A stretch of 64,000 bases of DNA from the human T2T-CHM13v2.0 reference genome, Homo sapiens (GCF_009914755.1 NC_060936.1), one strand, 5' to 3'. Shown: positions 35,482 through 50,110, numbered from the stretch's first letter. Made by a program: numbers and translations. Notes: generated by a model from the sequence alone, not told the origin.

Positions 35482-36809
35482 AGAATTTCCTTTCGAAAAT
35501 GAAGTATATTGTTTCCTGGGCCTTATTGTGCCTTGTGGAGGGGCTATGTCTGGGCAGGATACTGGCAGGGCCAGTCCCAGACTGAACTGGGGTTTTATCC
35601 CAAACCAGATCAGAGTAAAAGGGTAAAAAAATTGAATAAGTATGGATGTAACCATCAGCCTAGGGTTGAACCTGGAAGTTCCATCAACATAAGCATTGAT
35701 ATACTTTGCTGAAAGCAAATTCTTAAAGAGCCAAGCCTGACAATTGTCTTCATATTTCAGTGACCTTTTAAAACTATTACAATAAATCCATAAAACAGCT
35801 ATAAGCTGCTATACTATAATAGAGCCAATGGATATCTTGACATTTTCCCCTCTGTATTATCTTTTTTGGTTCCATAAGCAATGCTATAAATTTTAAGTAC
35901 AACTACTCTTTTATAGAAAAAAGTTATTTAACATAAAAATCAGCCTTCAGCATTGTTTGACCTCAATATTACAAAATTATAAATTCCTTTATTCTCAGCT
36001 AAGCAATGTTCAGTTTCTTGTATTCTACACAATTATTTCATTGTCTTTATCAAGCCAATGTATACCAGAAAAGCAAAAGATGCAATAAGCTTCTTCTTAG
36101 CTTCAACTATTTGAATCATTAATTAAATTCTCTATTTTACTTGGCATGTGTAAATAAAGCCACTGATGACTGTTTAACTATCTTTCTTTAGATGACATTC
36201 TTTCTCTGGACTTATGGTCCCTGATGAAGTAGCCCCTGTGTCACTTTCGATTGCCTTGTCTCTACATAACAAATATCATGATTATCAGTTTACTATTGGA
36301 TTGATTTAAAACTCCAGGTTAATGTTTAGGTCTACTGTAGTATACATATTTTTGCATAGACTAGATTGACAAATAGAAAAATCCGATTTCCTCAAATTAT
36401 CAAGACTCATCTACATGGTAAGACACCAGAAGCAATTATCGTTTCAACCTGTTCCACAGGAAAGGAAACAAAATGAGTTTTGTCTTCTGGCATAATTGCT
36501 TATGACTTGTCCCTACAAAGCTTTACAAAAGTGGAAAGGTGGTAAATGCCCAGATAATCTGATCAAAGCATACAATCATAGAAAATTATTTTTCACATCC
36601 CTTCTTATCCAGACTTACATTTATAATACTGAATCCATTAATTCCCAGGTTTCTGCTTTCTCAGCTTCTTGAAGATAGATTCTAAAAAAAGAAAAGAAAA
36701 CTTATTATCCAGTCCACTGGTACCCTAGAAGAAGCCCAGTGTGAGTTAAAGGTACAGTTTGTCCTTGCAATTTTAGTATTTGCAGATCTATTAAATATTA
36801 TAAACAGTT

Positions 36810-37096
<287 letters not shown>

Positions 37097-37744
37097 TTAC
37101 ATGAATGCTTGGTTTTTGAATCTGGATTCTTTCCCTGTCATCATATCTCAAATGAATTTACTGTTCTTACAGAAAACTTTCCATTAACATTGGTGACAGA
37201 GAGAAAGCCAAGGACTTTAAATAATAGAACTCAAAACCAAACGGGCTCTTGTATTACACTTCAGAACAGGTCTTCCTTACCAATGGTGCCACTGCAAACA
37301 GGTGACTACCAAAACAGCAAGATACACAAAAGAAACATCTCCTGGTGAAATAACAGACGGAAATATTATATAAATATTATGTAAATAATACATAAATATT
37401 CCTGTCAGTTTTTATATATAGATGACAATGACAATAGTATATCAAAATATTATACAATTAGATGACAATAATATATTAAAAATCTCACAAGTAGTAGAGA
37501 GCAAACCCTCAGTAACAAGAAAAATTGAATTAAATTTCAACGCTTTTAGTTTAACTGATTTGAACCTGGATATATACCTGTTTTCTCTGGTGATTTTAAT
37601 TTTGGTGAAGAAATAAAAGTTTCCATTATCTGAATATCCCCTTATTTTACCTTTTATCCTAGTAGAACAAAAGTACTTTTAAAATAAATGTATTGTTTGT
37701 GAAACTGCCCAATAATAATAATGAGGATGATAACAACTTACCTA

Positions 37745-37935
37745 TCAGAACCTGCCTGACTTTAATTATTTTGCTAAATTCTCGCAACTGCTGAATTTGA
37801 TGTCATTGGCCTTATTTTAAAGATGAAGAAATTGGTACTTAGAGACCATTAATAACTTGTACCAAGCAGTGGATCTAAACTGGAACCCAGGTCTTTCTGA
37901 TTGCAGATTGCAAGCTCTGAACTGCTAAGCTAGAC
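37745..37935 (-). mobile_element. MIR SINE fossil
   Basis: ATTTTAAAGATGAAGAAATTGGTACTTAGAGA...TAACTTG...GGAACCCAGGTCTTTCTGATT. Confidence 0.7.
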
Positions 37936-39139
37936 ACTTGTCTTTTTAAAGTAAGAATTCTTCCACTGAGGGAGGTCATAGCTACAGGAAATTCAGCAGC
38001 ATCCTCTCTTCTGCAGAAGAATTATGATTTCTGAATTATGAAACTCACTGACTAGACTCTTATTGGAAAAAAATCATTAGAGATGACAACCCTCCTGTCC
38101 AGGAGGCAAGTAAATGTATTGTTTCAATAGAGAATATGTTGCGTTTGTGTCTAAGACAGTGATAATTACGTCACTCCCTAATGCATGGAAAAGAAGCCTT
38201 TGCTGTTTCTAGTAAGCTGTTTACAGCAAGAACTTTTTAGAATATAAATATAGTGTCTATTATATAGCATTTTCTACCAATAGCATCATTGTTCCCCTCC
38301 ATATGTTCTTCCGCTAGGTGTCTAATGAGTTCCTACGTATGAAAAATGACAAGAGAATCTGAGGAATAATTCAAGCAACTGTGGCATATGGAAACTGTTT
38401 TCTAGTCCCTTTGCCATGATTTCTAGGCAAAACAGCAGGAATACTTGGCAGCAGAGGCTAGAAAAATCATCATCCCTGACTGCAACTTCGACTGAGTTAT
38501 CTGGCGTAAATGTCAGGCTTTGAGTTGACAGTGATAATGATAAACAAGGCAAAATTTCTGTCAGAATTTGATACATACATTCTATTGTTCATTCCATAGT
38601 GAATATTTCTCTGCCCCTAAGCTTAATTCCACGAGTCTATGAAAGGAGTCATTAGGACTTTTGCATCCAGTGCATTTAGCTTTCCTTCATTTATAAAGCT
38701 CTCTTGTGTTTCTGAGTGTTGTGTGCTCCTCTGAATTCTTGTGAGGTTTTGCCAGATAAGCTTTTTTCAATAAGACAGTTACCAATCTATAGTTCTGCTT
38801 CTTCTCCATTCAAGGAAGGACACCCTAACACTTTTGAGACAAGGTAGTAGAGAGATGTAATATAGTGAGATGTGATTCTTCATCCCCTTTATCCTTCCTG
38901 ATCCTTAGACGTAATGATTGTGCAACTGTAATTTATTCTGCATTCCACCTACAGACATGTATCTACTCATCAATTTACCCATTCACAAATATATTGAGGA
39001 CACTCCTAGACAGAACAAGTCAATAATTCCTTCCACCATACATTGTTCAGTGCTGCCTACTAGTATATACATTTACTTATTTAACTACATGCCGGTACCC
39101 AGTTTGGACTTAGGCATTTATGACAGTAACAGAATTGAT

Positions 39140-41545
39140 ACAGTCTTCATTTGGTATTGCCACTATTTTTGTTTATTTTTTTAAATTTTAAGTTCTGGGG
39201 TGCATGTGCAGGATGTGCAGGTTTGTTACATAGGTAAATGTGTACCATGGTGGTTTGCTGTACCTATAAACCTATCACCTAGGTATTAAACCCAGAATGC
39301 ATTAGCTATTTTTCCTGATTCTCTCCCACACCCACACCCTCCTGCAATAGGCCCCAGTGTGTATTGTTCCCTCCATGTGTCCATGTGTTCTCATTATTCA
39401 GCTCCCTCTTACAAGTGAGAACATGAGGTGTTTGTTTTTCTGTTCCTGCATTAGTTTTGCTGAGGATAATGTCTTCCAGCTTCATCCATGTCCCTGCAAA
39501 GGATATGATCTTGTTCCCTTTTATGGTTGTGTAGTAGTCCATGGTGTATATGTACATTTTTAAATCCAGTCTACCATTAATGACTGAATTTGGGTTGATT
39601 CCATGTCTTTGCTACTGTGAATATTGCTACAATGAACGTGCACATATCTTTAGAATAGAATGATTTATATTCCTTCGGGTATGTACCTAGTAATGGGACT
39701 GCTGGGTCAAATGATATATTCAGTTCCAAATCTTTGAGGAACAACCACATTGTCTTCCACAATGAATGAACTCCCATTAACAATTGCTATGAAAAGAATA
39801 AAATACCTAGGAATACAGCTAACACAGGAAGTGGAGGACCTCTTCAAGGTGAACTACAAACCACTGCTCAAGGAAATAAGAAAGGACACAAACAAAACAG
39901 TCCATGCTCATGGAGAGGAAGAATCAATACCATGAAAATGACTATACTGCCCAAAGTAATTTATAGATTCAATGCTATTTCCAGTGAAGTACCATTGACA
40001 TTCTTCACAGAATTAGAAGAAACTCTTTTTAAATTCATATGAAACCAAAAGAAAAAAGCCTGTATAGCCAAGACAATCTTAAGCAAAAATAACAAAGCTG
40101 GAGGCATCATGCTACCTGACTTTAACTACTAGGCTACAGTAACCAAAACAGCATGGTATTTTTACAAAAACAGACACATAGACCAATGGAAAAGAATAGA
40201 GATCTCAGAAATGATACAGCACACCTACAATCATCTGATCTTCGACAAACCTGACCAAAAAAACGGGGGAAAGGATTCCCTATTTAATAAGTGGTGCTGG
40301 GAGAACTGGCTTGTCATATGCAGAAAAGTGAAATTGGACCCTTTCCTTACACCTTTCCTTACACCATACACAAAAATTAACTCAAGATGAATTAAAGACT
40401 TTAATGTAAAATCCAAAACTATAAAAACCCTAGAAAAAAATCTAGGCAACATCATTCAGGTATATAGGACATAGGCACAGGCAAAGATTTTATGATGAAA
40501 TCCCAAAAGCAATTGCAACAGAAATGAAAATTGACAAATGGGATCTAATTAAACTAAAGAGCTTCTACACAGCAAAAGAAGCTATCATCAGAAAGAACAG
40601 ACAACCTACAGAATGGGAGAAAACTTTTGCAATCTATCCATCTGACAAAGGTCTAATATTCAGAATCTACAAGGAACTTGAGCAAATTTATAAGAAAATA
40701 AACATTAAAAAGTGGGCAAAGGACATGAACAGACACTTCTCAAAAGAAGACATTCATGCAGCCAACAAACATATGAAAAAAAGCTCAACATCACTGATCA
40801 TTAGAGAAATGCAAATCAAAATTACAATGAGATACCATTTCACCCCATGCGGAATGGCGATTATTAAGAAGTCAAGAAATAACAAATGTTAGCAAGCTTG
40901 CAGAGAAATAGGAACATGTTTACACTGTTGGGAATGTAAATTAGGCAACTACTTTTCATTTTAGCCATATTAATTGTTTTGTAGTAATATCTCATTGTTT
41001 TTTGTTTTGCATTTCCCTAGTGGCTAATGATTTTGAACATGCTTTCATGCACTTATTTGCCATATTTATATTCTACTCAGTGAAATATTTATTCATGCGT
41101 CTTCTGTCCATTTTCTACTTGAATTGCTTGGTTTTTAACTGTTGGTTTTTGAGAATTCTTTATATATGCTAGACATTAGTTCTTTATTGGATATGTGGTT
41201 TAAAAATATTTTCTCCAAGTTTGTAGCCTGTCTTTTCAACCTTTTCATATAGTCTTTCACAAAGCAAAGGTTTTTAACTTTGATGAGGTCCAAGTTAGCA
41301 TTTTTTCCTTTTATGAATCATGTTTTAGTCTCAAGTCGAAAAAGTATGTGCCTGCAATTATATCCCAAATATTTTCTTCCATAGTTTTCTAAAAGCTTTA
41401 CAGTTTTACATCTTACATTTAAGTCCATAATCTGTTTTGAGTTAGCTTTTGTATAAGTGGAAAGTTTAGGTTAAGATTTTCTGTTTGTCTGTTTTGCCTA
41501 TGAATATCCAAATGCCCCAAGACCATTTGTTGAAAGGTTGATTTA
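39140..41545 (-). mobile_element. Old L1M (L1MC-like) ORF2 fragment interrupted by the L1PA8-like insertion (old part mainly 40945-41545)
   Basis: CATTTTAGCCATATTAATTG...TATCTCATTG...GCATTTCCCTAGTGGCTAATGA...ACCATTTGTTGAAAG is decayed antisense ORF2. Confidence 0.7.
39171..40944 (-). mobile_element. L1PA8-like LINE-1 with twin-priming 5' inversion (minus 39171-39764; plus 39765-40944)
   Basis: L1PA8-type 3'UTR on minus; inverted ORF2 segment ends only a few nt from the breakpoint in L1 coordinates; TSD GCCACTATTTTT (39159-39170)/GCAACTACTTTT (40945-40956). Confidence 0.9.
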
Positions 41546-42050
41546 TATTTTGAAAAATCCATTCTGACTATTGTCTGGAGAATGGAGGGTAGGAATAGGA
41601 ATAGGCTGATTAGTTAAGAAACTTTTTCATTAGTATAGGTAGGAGATTATGGTGAATAGGACTGAGGTGACAGGAAAGGAAATAGGGAAAACTAAATGCA
41701 GAGTATTTGGAGCTATAGAGTTAATAATACTTGCTGATGAATTTGATGTGCAGGTAAGAAAAGAAGAACAGAATCAAAGATGATTCTAAGTTTTTAACAT
41801 GAAAACCTGAGCATATGTTGATTATATTTACAAAATTAGTGGAAACTGAAAGAAGGCTTGGAGGTTGAGACAGAATCAAAAGTTCTATTTTGTCCATATT
41901 GTGTTAGACATCTGAGTGGAGATGTCAAGTAGGTTGTTGGAGTAATGTAATTGGCATTCAAGGGCAAGATCAGGGCTGAAGATACACATTTGGGGAGTCA
42001 TCAGCATGGATGACATTACTTAGAGAGAAAGTCTAAAAAGGGAAGAGAAA
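41546..42050 (-). mobile_element. L2 LINE fossil
   Basis: ATACTTGCTGATGAATTTGATGTG...GAATCAAAGATGATTCTAAGTTTTT...AGACATCTGAGTGGAGATGTCAAGTAGG...GGGAGTCATCAGCAT. Confidence 0.8.
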
Positions 42051-42944
42051 ATCTGTAATTATTATTTTGGATCAAGCAATATTTACATATGTATAGATTT
42101 CCTAAAAGTGAACAAGTTAACTACAAATCTAATTTTAATTATTTATACTTGATATGAATCTGTGATTAGAACATGTTAATATATTTTACTGCATACGCTT
42201 ACTGTATAAAATATTATTAAGGATCTAACTGAAATGATAACAGAACTCAGGTTAGAATCTTGTGTGTGCCATATGCCTCACTGCACCTATAATAAAAGAA
42301 TCCAGGGAAATAAAAGGCCTCAGCTTGTCATCAATAATAGTTTGTCTTTCAAGGATAGCCTCCATGAAATAAGCAAAATATATTGAAATAAATTACCACT
42401 GGCCAAACATTATAAGTTTCTTTTACCTCAATAACTGTTATTCTAAGTGAAAGCAACCCTCAAAATTCTAGTAAACTCTCACATTTTCTCCATTCCAAAG
42501 AAATCCTGAGTGGATTAGTTCTGGATATAGCAAAAGATTCAATTCTGTTTTGGAGTGGATCAAAGCTTATTTCTGGGAATCCTTAGTCAAAGATATCAGT
42601 GGATTCCTATAGGCTAAAAGAAAGTTGGTTCAAGAATGACTAAGCAATTGAAACTGAAGAAGAGTTTACCTAAAAATATTGATGTGACTACACAGAGAGC
42701 TCTATAATGAGCGCCAATTACTGTAAAAAAATGTACAAAAGACCATAGCATTTTAAATGTAGATTTGTATAGTTTTGTATAAATATTAACTGAAAGTCAT
42801 AAACTGAGACATGGAAAGTTTTAATAAAACTAATCTCTTTACTTTCTTTTAAAAGCAAACCAAAATCCCCATGTTTGGGCTAGGTGCTGTAATATTATGC
42901 TGTTAGGTAGTTGAAGGCAAACTGCAAAACATAACAGAAAGTAC

Positions 42945-43150
42945 TGTACAAGTACTTTGGAGTTTGAGAAGCCTTAGATTTGACATTCAGCTTTTTTTGT
43001 ATACATTTTGTAGCCCTGAGATAGTTACTTATATACCCGAATCAATTTTCCCTGTAAATTCACAATGATTATGCATATTCCCACATGAATTTAGAAAGTA
43101 TAAAATGAAATTAAATAAATTAAGTTTCTGATATTATAGTAGGTGCATCT
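42945..43150 (+). mobile_element. MIR SINE fossil
   Basis: CTTTGGAGTTTGAGAAGCCTTAGATTTGACATTCAGC...AGTTACTTA...CAATTTTCCCTGTAAA. Confidence 0.5.
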
Positions 43151-44054
43151 TACTGTACAATACCCTTTTAAAATTTCTTTTTCACTTCTATCTGCTCTCT
43201 CAAAAAGTATTACTCCTTTACAAAAGAAGTGTAAGTCACAGAAAAAATTAGGTATCAGATGCATATGTATGAGAAAGGAGATTATTTAATGAATTTATAT
43301 CTCCATTTCACATAAATTATCTCTGAGAATTAATGAAAGAACTCATAGATGACAGCACCAAATGATAATTAGCACTTGAATGATAATCATTGAGGAATCA
43401 TGGTTAATGTAGATCACGGATAACAAAGATAGTTCCCATTTCAAAGATTGAAAGAATAATTTATACAAAGAGTTGGTGTATCTATGTCTGGGTTACACAA
43501 TAATTCTGAGAAACATAGAATTTCTTTGACCACAGTGTTAACACAGCTACAGTGAAGCATGACTAAGCCACTTACTTTAAACAAAAGACATGTAAACCTC
43601 CATATGATAGTCTGTTCAAATTATATGAAGATTTTACCTACTAATAATAGTAGGTGGGAACATTTATTTAGGAATAATGAGTTCGATGTGAAAGAACCTG
43701 GGCTTGTGAAAACATCATGTGTGTTATCATCGCTGTGCAAATATGCGAAGATGACTTCCAGTCAGCATTAAGGAGCACATGGTAATCCACTTATAGTGTT
43801 GGATATTGCTCATTTCTTCTTTTATTTTTTTTCTAGTCCATAGGAGTCATGATCCGGATAAATAAACAGCATTGATCTACATACAAATTTCCTCCTGAGA
43901 ATCTGGCCTTTAACCTTGGCCTTATTTGTACAGCATTCAAATCAAATGACCTAGGAAATTACAGGCATCATTGCATATTGCTCACAGGGTTTACAGCATT
44001 TTCCTATACAGAGCTGTAGGAAACTCCATGACTGATATCAAGTTACTACCCATG

Positions 44055-44290
44055 AGCAAGACTCTAGCCAAATGTTAGGGATTTGAATCTTCCTTCACCA
44101 TTTACTAGCTGTAGGACCTGTGCAAATTGCTTAACTGCTGATTGCTTCAATTTCCCCATCAGTAAAATGCAGATAGTAAGAGTACCTACTTCATGAAGTT
44201 CTATGAGGATTAAATGAGTTAAAATTTGTAGACAACTTAAAATCATACATGACATCTCCAAATAAATGCTTGTGAAGTAAATATTTAATT
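44055..44290 (+). mobile_element. MIR SINE
   Basis: CCATTTACTAGCTGTAGGACCTGTGCAAATTGCTTAAC...TTTCCCCATCAGTAAAATG...GTACCTACTTCAT...GAGGATTAAATGAG. Confidence 0.88.
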
Positions 44291-44727
44291 AAAATAAGAC
44301 TGCTAAGTGACTTACAGCTGGTCTTTTGAAGAAAGCCAGTTTCATTTATAATTGGGAATGAAAGATCAAATATAATCTGATTCAATGCTTAGAATAGCAT
44401 AAAAGTGTCATAAACCTATAATATTTACTCATACCTATGAATGTTTAAAAGAAAATGTGTCCATAATTATTATAATATTAAAAACTTGTAAGAGCCACAG
44501 TATAGTGTAACCTTGTTTCAATTAACAATGTAATGTCAAAGCTTAATAGCTCTCACTGATAGAAAATATGACGCAGATTTCACAAAGAGCATCAAGAGCT
44601 GTGTGTCTTCTCTGGCACATTGTAATAATGGTAATAATGTTAGAACACATTTGTCTAGCATTTTAACTTTGCAGAAAACCAACCAATCTTTCACTTAATC
44701 TTTATAATAGTCCGTGGTGGTAGATAG

Positions 44728-45122
44728 TGATGAAGCAGGAGACAGCCAAATGCTTAGGCAAACAGGGAAGGGTCCCCAGAGAACTTCCAACACACCCAGG
44801 TCATTATGCACAGGGGACTTGCCTAAACATGCCTGTGGTACAAAATTCCATCCCTTAACATATGTGCAGTAAGGGAAATAAATCAATGTGAAGTGGCTCA
44901 GACTAAGGACCCACATACACACTGGAAGAATGGGGTGGGAATTCACTCCTTATTCAGGGGAGGAGCCTGGCCTCTTCAACTTGCCTGGTATTCAATTTGT
45001 GAGGTGGAAACCTGCATGCAGGACCCCTTTCTTTTTTGTTAGCTTTCCTTTCACTTAATAAATCCTGCCTTCCTCACCTTTCAATGTGTCCATGTACCTA
45101 GTTTTTCTTGGTTGTGAGACAA
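44728..45122 (+). mobile_element. 5' LTR (MER66-like), lacking its last ~45 nt and the PBS
   Basis: Colinear with the 3' LTR up to GTTGTGAGACAA, then jumps to internal sequence. Confidence 0.85.
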
Positions 45123-48100
45123 TGGCCACAGGCATGCTTGCATGACAGATGGGTGGCTGGCAGCTCCCCACCCCACCCTCCCTCCCAGCTGGGGAGCATG
45201 GCCATGTCTACCACATGTGTGTGTGGCACCCAATGGCCACACAGGGCAGGACTGAGCCACAGCCACTGTCTGGGACCCAGGATGGCCTTGGGCTGGGCTC
45301 CATGCAGCCAGCTGGCCCATGTTCCCCCACCATGCATTCATGGAGTCTTCCCATCCCCTATCCCCTGGCTGAGGGGTTCAATTCGGTTGGATAGCAATTA
45401 AAAGTTTCTCCACCTGTTGGAGAAACTCATTTGTGTAGGAATAAGAGGATATTCCCCCAGGCATCTTCTCCACCAGCACTTAAGCTGTTTTTATTTCTCC
45501 ACCCTGTCAGGAGTTAACTTTCATGCTAGAGAATTTCTCTTGAAAGATGTCTTATTAGACCAGGACCCCAATTCACAGGACACCATTTTTCTCTTCCTTG
45601 TTTGAGAAGGACCCAATCCCACAGCTTCACCTCAGCATTTGGCTTATTGATAAGGAGGCAACAGCCAGTCTGGTGAGGGACATCTGGGACTTGAGTCCAT
45701 GCACACCCCGGGGAAGTTCTTTTTTCACAAACTCAATTCCAAGCTTTGGGTCAAAGCCCTAGGAAAGAAAACTGGATCTGAGGGATCCAGAGGCAGAAGA
45801 CAATGAAGGTTAAAAGGCACAGTGCAGGTGAGCATGACTAATTCTTGCCAATTAAGCCAAGCCTCCTGTTTCATGGATAGACGTCATGTTAGTAACCATG
45901 GCTCAAATGAAGTGCAGGGAACTCAAAGGCTACTGACAGCAGGGACAAAGTCAGCGCATGAGTCAAAATGGATAATCCCACCCACTAGGCTCCCTGTTAG
46001 CATGGGTGAAAGCTGCATTGGCACCCATGGGTGGCACCCTGTCAAGGTCACTGGGACTTGGGGATATAAGGACAGAAGAAGAAAAGAGGGTTTTTTCCTT
46101 CTTTCCCTCATGAACCCTGGTATTTTCTAGGAAGAGAAAGGAACTAGGGACACCTTGCTCCCCTCTTTCTAGATGAGTGGCCATTCATCTTCGGTCTTTA
46201 TCCCTTTTGAATGCACCCTGAACACCTGGGGCTCCTTTGAAAAGAAACACCTTCTTTTTTCCTTTTTCCTCCTCTGTCCTCTCTTTACAGATGGTAATTG
46301 TGTCCCCGTACTACAGGACACTCCCCTTGGATGCATCCTTCACACTGAGAAAAGTTAACTTCCCAAACCTTAAACTGGTTGGCTTAAAATTGAGCTCTGG
46401 GGAAGGAAACCCAGAAGACTGACATGCTGGCAAAAGGATGAAAGTTTCTTTTTTTTTTTTTTTTTTTTAACCAGTTAGAATTTTGACCACTCTTCTTGTG
46501 CAAACTAGTAAAAGGAATGATAAGGATCATTGTTTATATTCTCTGTTAAGTTTTGATTAATGAAAAAGGATTTATGAGGTTGGCCTTAAGCTGTAGCCAA
46601 TCTGGTGTGCATCACATGTCTTAATTGAGGCTTGTTGGTGTCACTTGAGGTTACTTTTGATAAAGTTCAAAAGCCAAAAATATTGGCAACTTGGCATGGC
46701 TAAAGTCAGATAATAAGGGATTTAAAAGGATTTTCTTAAAGAATGCTCAATTTAATTAAAAGTGGATATCCAGATTATGGGTATAACTTAAAGACCTTTA
46801 TGTTTTATGTTTCTCTTCTTGGGTTTTGTTTTGCTGGAAAAAGTTTTTTTTTTTTTTTCCTCAGTCGACTGAATTACTTTTCTCCACCTTGTCTTGCCAC
46901 TCCTAATGCACCCATGAGAGGCCCTAAGGTAATTTCTGATGGCCTGAGACTCCTTGGGAAAACCAAAAAAGGTACCACATATTCCATTTTGGGAGAAATG
47001 TCTATTTTCTTTATTGAACTCCGGGAGTTAGAGGTGAATAGGTCCCTCTCAAAATCTGCTTTTATCTTCCAGCTATACCTGTTTATTAGGCGCTAGAAAC
47101 TACGTGTTTTCCTAGCCCTGCTCTTAAAGGGCCCCACCCAGAGGCCAATAAACCAATTAAAAAACTGGCAAATGAAAAATATTATAACTACTGGATCTTC
47201 TTCTGTTTGTGTAGTTATATATGTGTTGTGTGTGATGTCTATAAAAAAAGAGCTCTAATTAATTGGCTTAAAGAAAAACACTTTTTTGAAGGAAAAGTAA
47301 AAGCTGTAATGCCTTTCAGTTCATGTGACTTTAATGTTTGAGAAATAAAAAGCCTTAAAGATTATTGGCAAAACACAGATGTCATTAAAATGTAAATAGG
47401 TGGTCTAAATTATGCAAGTCAGGTACTAGGTTTGCTAGATGTTTTAAGATTGTAAACTGCTTCTTTGGTCTTTGAGAACTGTTCGACTTGCCTACCTTAC
47501 AACTTGGTAAGGCTTGGGGACATATGGAATTAACCACACCATTAACGATGGTTGTAGGAGTCAAACCTTATTAATACATAGTGCATAATTAAAACAACTT
47601 ACTAGATTTTACATTAAAATTAAAAATTGTTAAGAGGTACCTTATAACGTGTAATTGAGACCACTGAAAATAGATTTACATGCAAGGTGTATAAGAAAAT
47701 TAAAATGTGTTTTTTAGTAAAAGATTATACAAAGGCATAGAAATGTAAATTTTTGCCTAGGGTTAAAAGTTTGTGTTGAATTATGTAAGATAAAAGTAAA
47801 AGTTTAAACAAGTTGTGGAAGGTTTCTAAAAAATTAATCTTGTAAAAAGAAATTCTGTATGGACATTGGCTAAAGTTAAAAGGATATTATTTTTCTGTGA
47901 ACTGAACATTGGAATAAAAGCACAGCAGGTTTTTCTTAGAGCACTGATTTGCTCTTTCACAAAAATTTATAAAGGGTTAGAAAATGTTTATAAGAATCTT
48001 ATCTCATGGTCAAATTGGTTAAGATTAGATAGAATTTTCTATAAGGTTTCATAAAAAAGTTGGGGTTGACATTAATAATAAACTAATACGTTTATTATTG

Positions 48101-50110
48101 AAATTTGGCTTTCTCTCCCTTGTACAAGATTTGCATGCAATAGTAAAGGATAATGAAAATTTTTCATTCGCCTTGCAGATAGACTGCCAAGGAAAACAAA
48201 AAAGAAGACAGGAGACAAATTGTTTGAAAAGCTGTCTTCTCTCTTAATGAGTAAAGGTTTTTGGCCTCGTTTTAAAATTTCTGAGTCATCATTTTGGCAA
48301 AATAAATAACATGGTAATCTGGAATTATATTTCATAATATCTAGAGTTTTAAACCTCTAACATATTTAACAGGCTTCCCAAAATCAAACCTCAGTTTCAA
48401 GGTTGTGTTTCCTGACCCCTAGTTTTGAATGATATAGAGGGCCCCTAGAGCATCCAGAAGAGAAACAAACAGGATTAGCTGAGATGTTTAGGTATGTGGG
48501 ATTGCCAAAATGATTTTTAATCTTCAGATTATATTTTAGTGAATAATATTATGTATGTTTCAAAGTTATATGGAATTTCTAAAACTCTCATGTCTGAGTA
48601 TATGCTATCAATCATAATTAAGGTTGTTAAGTTGTTGTAAACCACAGGAAAAAAACAAATTCCTTTGTCAATTGTGTTTCTAACTGTAACTACTCTGGAC
48701 ATTTTGTTATTTGTGGATAATTCTTATCTTGTTTTAATTCTCTTCAAAAGATAGTTTATAATCATCTATAGAACTTTGACAGGTGCTCTCAAATGCAGGT
48801 TTCTGATAACTTTGGAGATTGTGGCTTTGGAATAAAGAAAAAACGTACAGGACTCATGAAGAGCTGAAATGTTCGTGAATATCAAGCAGAATAACAGTTA
48901 ATGAAATGGATGGAATTAATAGAAAGCTGAAGTAATCTTTTTTTAACTTTTGCTTAAAACATTGCTGATTCTTGTTTTGTTTTTCAGAGTGAAGGAAATT
49001 TTTATGTTGAGCTATTTACAGTCTTTAATAATTGAGTAAGGTATACTCTGTGAACAAAATTTGGAGCATGTTTGTCTCTCTGCCTGATTCCTCTAGAATT
49101 TGTAGACTATCTTGAGTATTCTTCACTTATAGCAATATGATTGTTTGTATTAGTGCAATAAGAGTCAATTTTCTTTTGCAACAGGATGCAATTGGAGAAA
49201 CTGGTTGTTTTACCAAGGCCTTGACTGGAAGGGTATGCTTCATTTTAAGGAATCAAGTTTGACTTGCAGAGCTGATAAAAGCCCCTTGGGAAAACTGGCC
49301 TCATACCCTGTCTACACAGTCCCTGTACAGAGTTCCTAACCTGTGGTGGGTAAAGAATGCCACTTTCTAACAGGACCAGGAAGCCCATGTTCTTGGGACT
49401 TCAAGAAGAGAGGAATTCACCCAACTCATAGTATTTGAGGGTACAAACCCATGGTTGGGCTCAGCTTTAAAAAGTCCTATATGAGATTCCTTGTGGAATA
49501 GAGTTTTATCAAAGTGAATTTTAAAAGCCTATATAAAAATAATTATTCTTGATGCACTTTATGCAAATAATAAGGCCAAGTATAAGACTAAAGTTTATTT
49601 TGCAAACAACTCAGTCCTACTATGATTTGTTTTTAACAAAAATGAGGACTGGAGAAAGAGAAATTATGTGTCAAAACTTGTCATACATTTGTCATTAAAT
49701 TCTAGACCCATTAGTTGTTGTTTTTTTTTGCCTACATTTTATACTAACCCTGCTTATTCCTGTGAACCAACTAGCTATCTCTGTCTGCAGCTCGAAAGAA
49801 AAAGAAGGGATGGGTAATATAAAAATTGGATCAATATTCTAGTTCTGGGCAATTATCCTACAAATCCTGCCAGGTGATAGGAATAAATAGGGTGCCCATA
49901 ACCCAGAGGTTTCTTTGTTTGGGAAAATAGGACCAAGGGAACTAGCCAAAGCCAAGCTCCATGCACCCAAATCTTAGTAGGTATAACTATAGCTACCAGT
50001 TATCTGGCCGTGTAGGCATCCTCTAGATTTCTTAGCTGTCCTTACCCCCATCCTTATTTAGTTTTGATCCCTGTCTTCTAATAACTTATTTTGTCTCTTC
50101 TTGCCTACAG

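Noticed and set aside
38166-38173. CRE-like TTACGTCA and scattered AP-1 heptamers (e.g. near 51838)
   Set aside because: Short motifs expected by chance many times in 64 kb.
45081-45401. Overlapping GC-rich ORFs on both strands
   Set aside because: ERV leader region; a composition effect with no Gag similarity seen.
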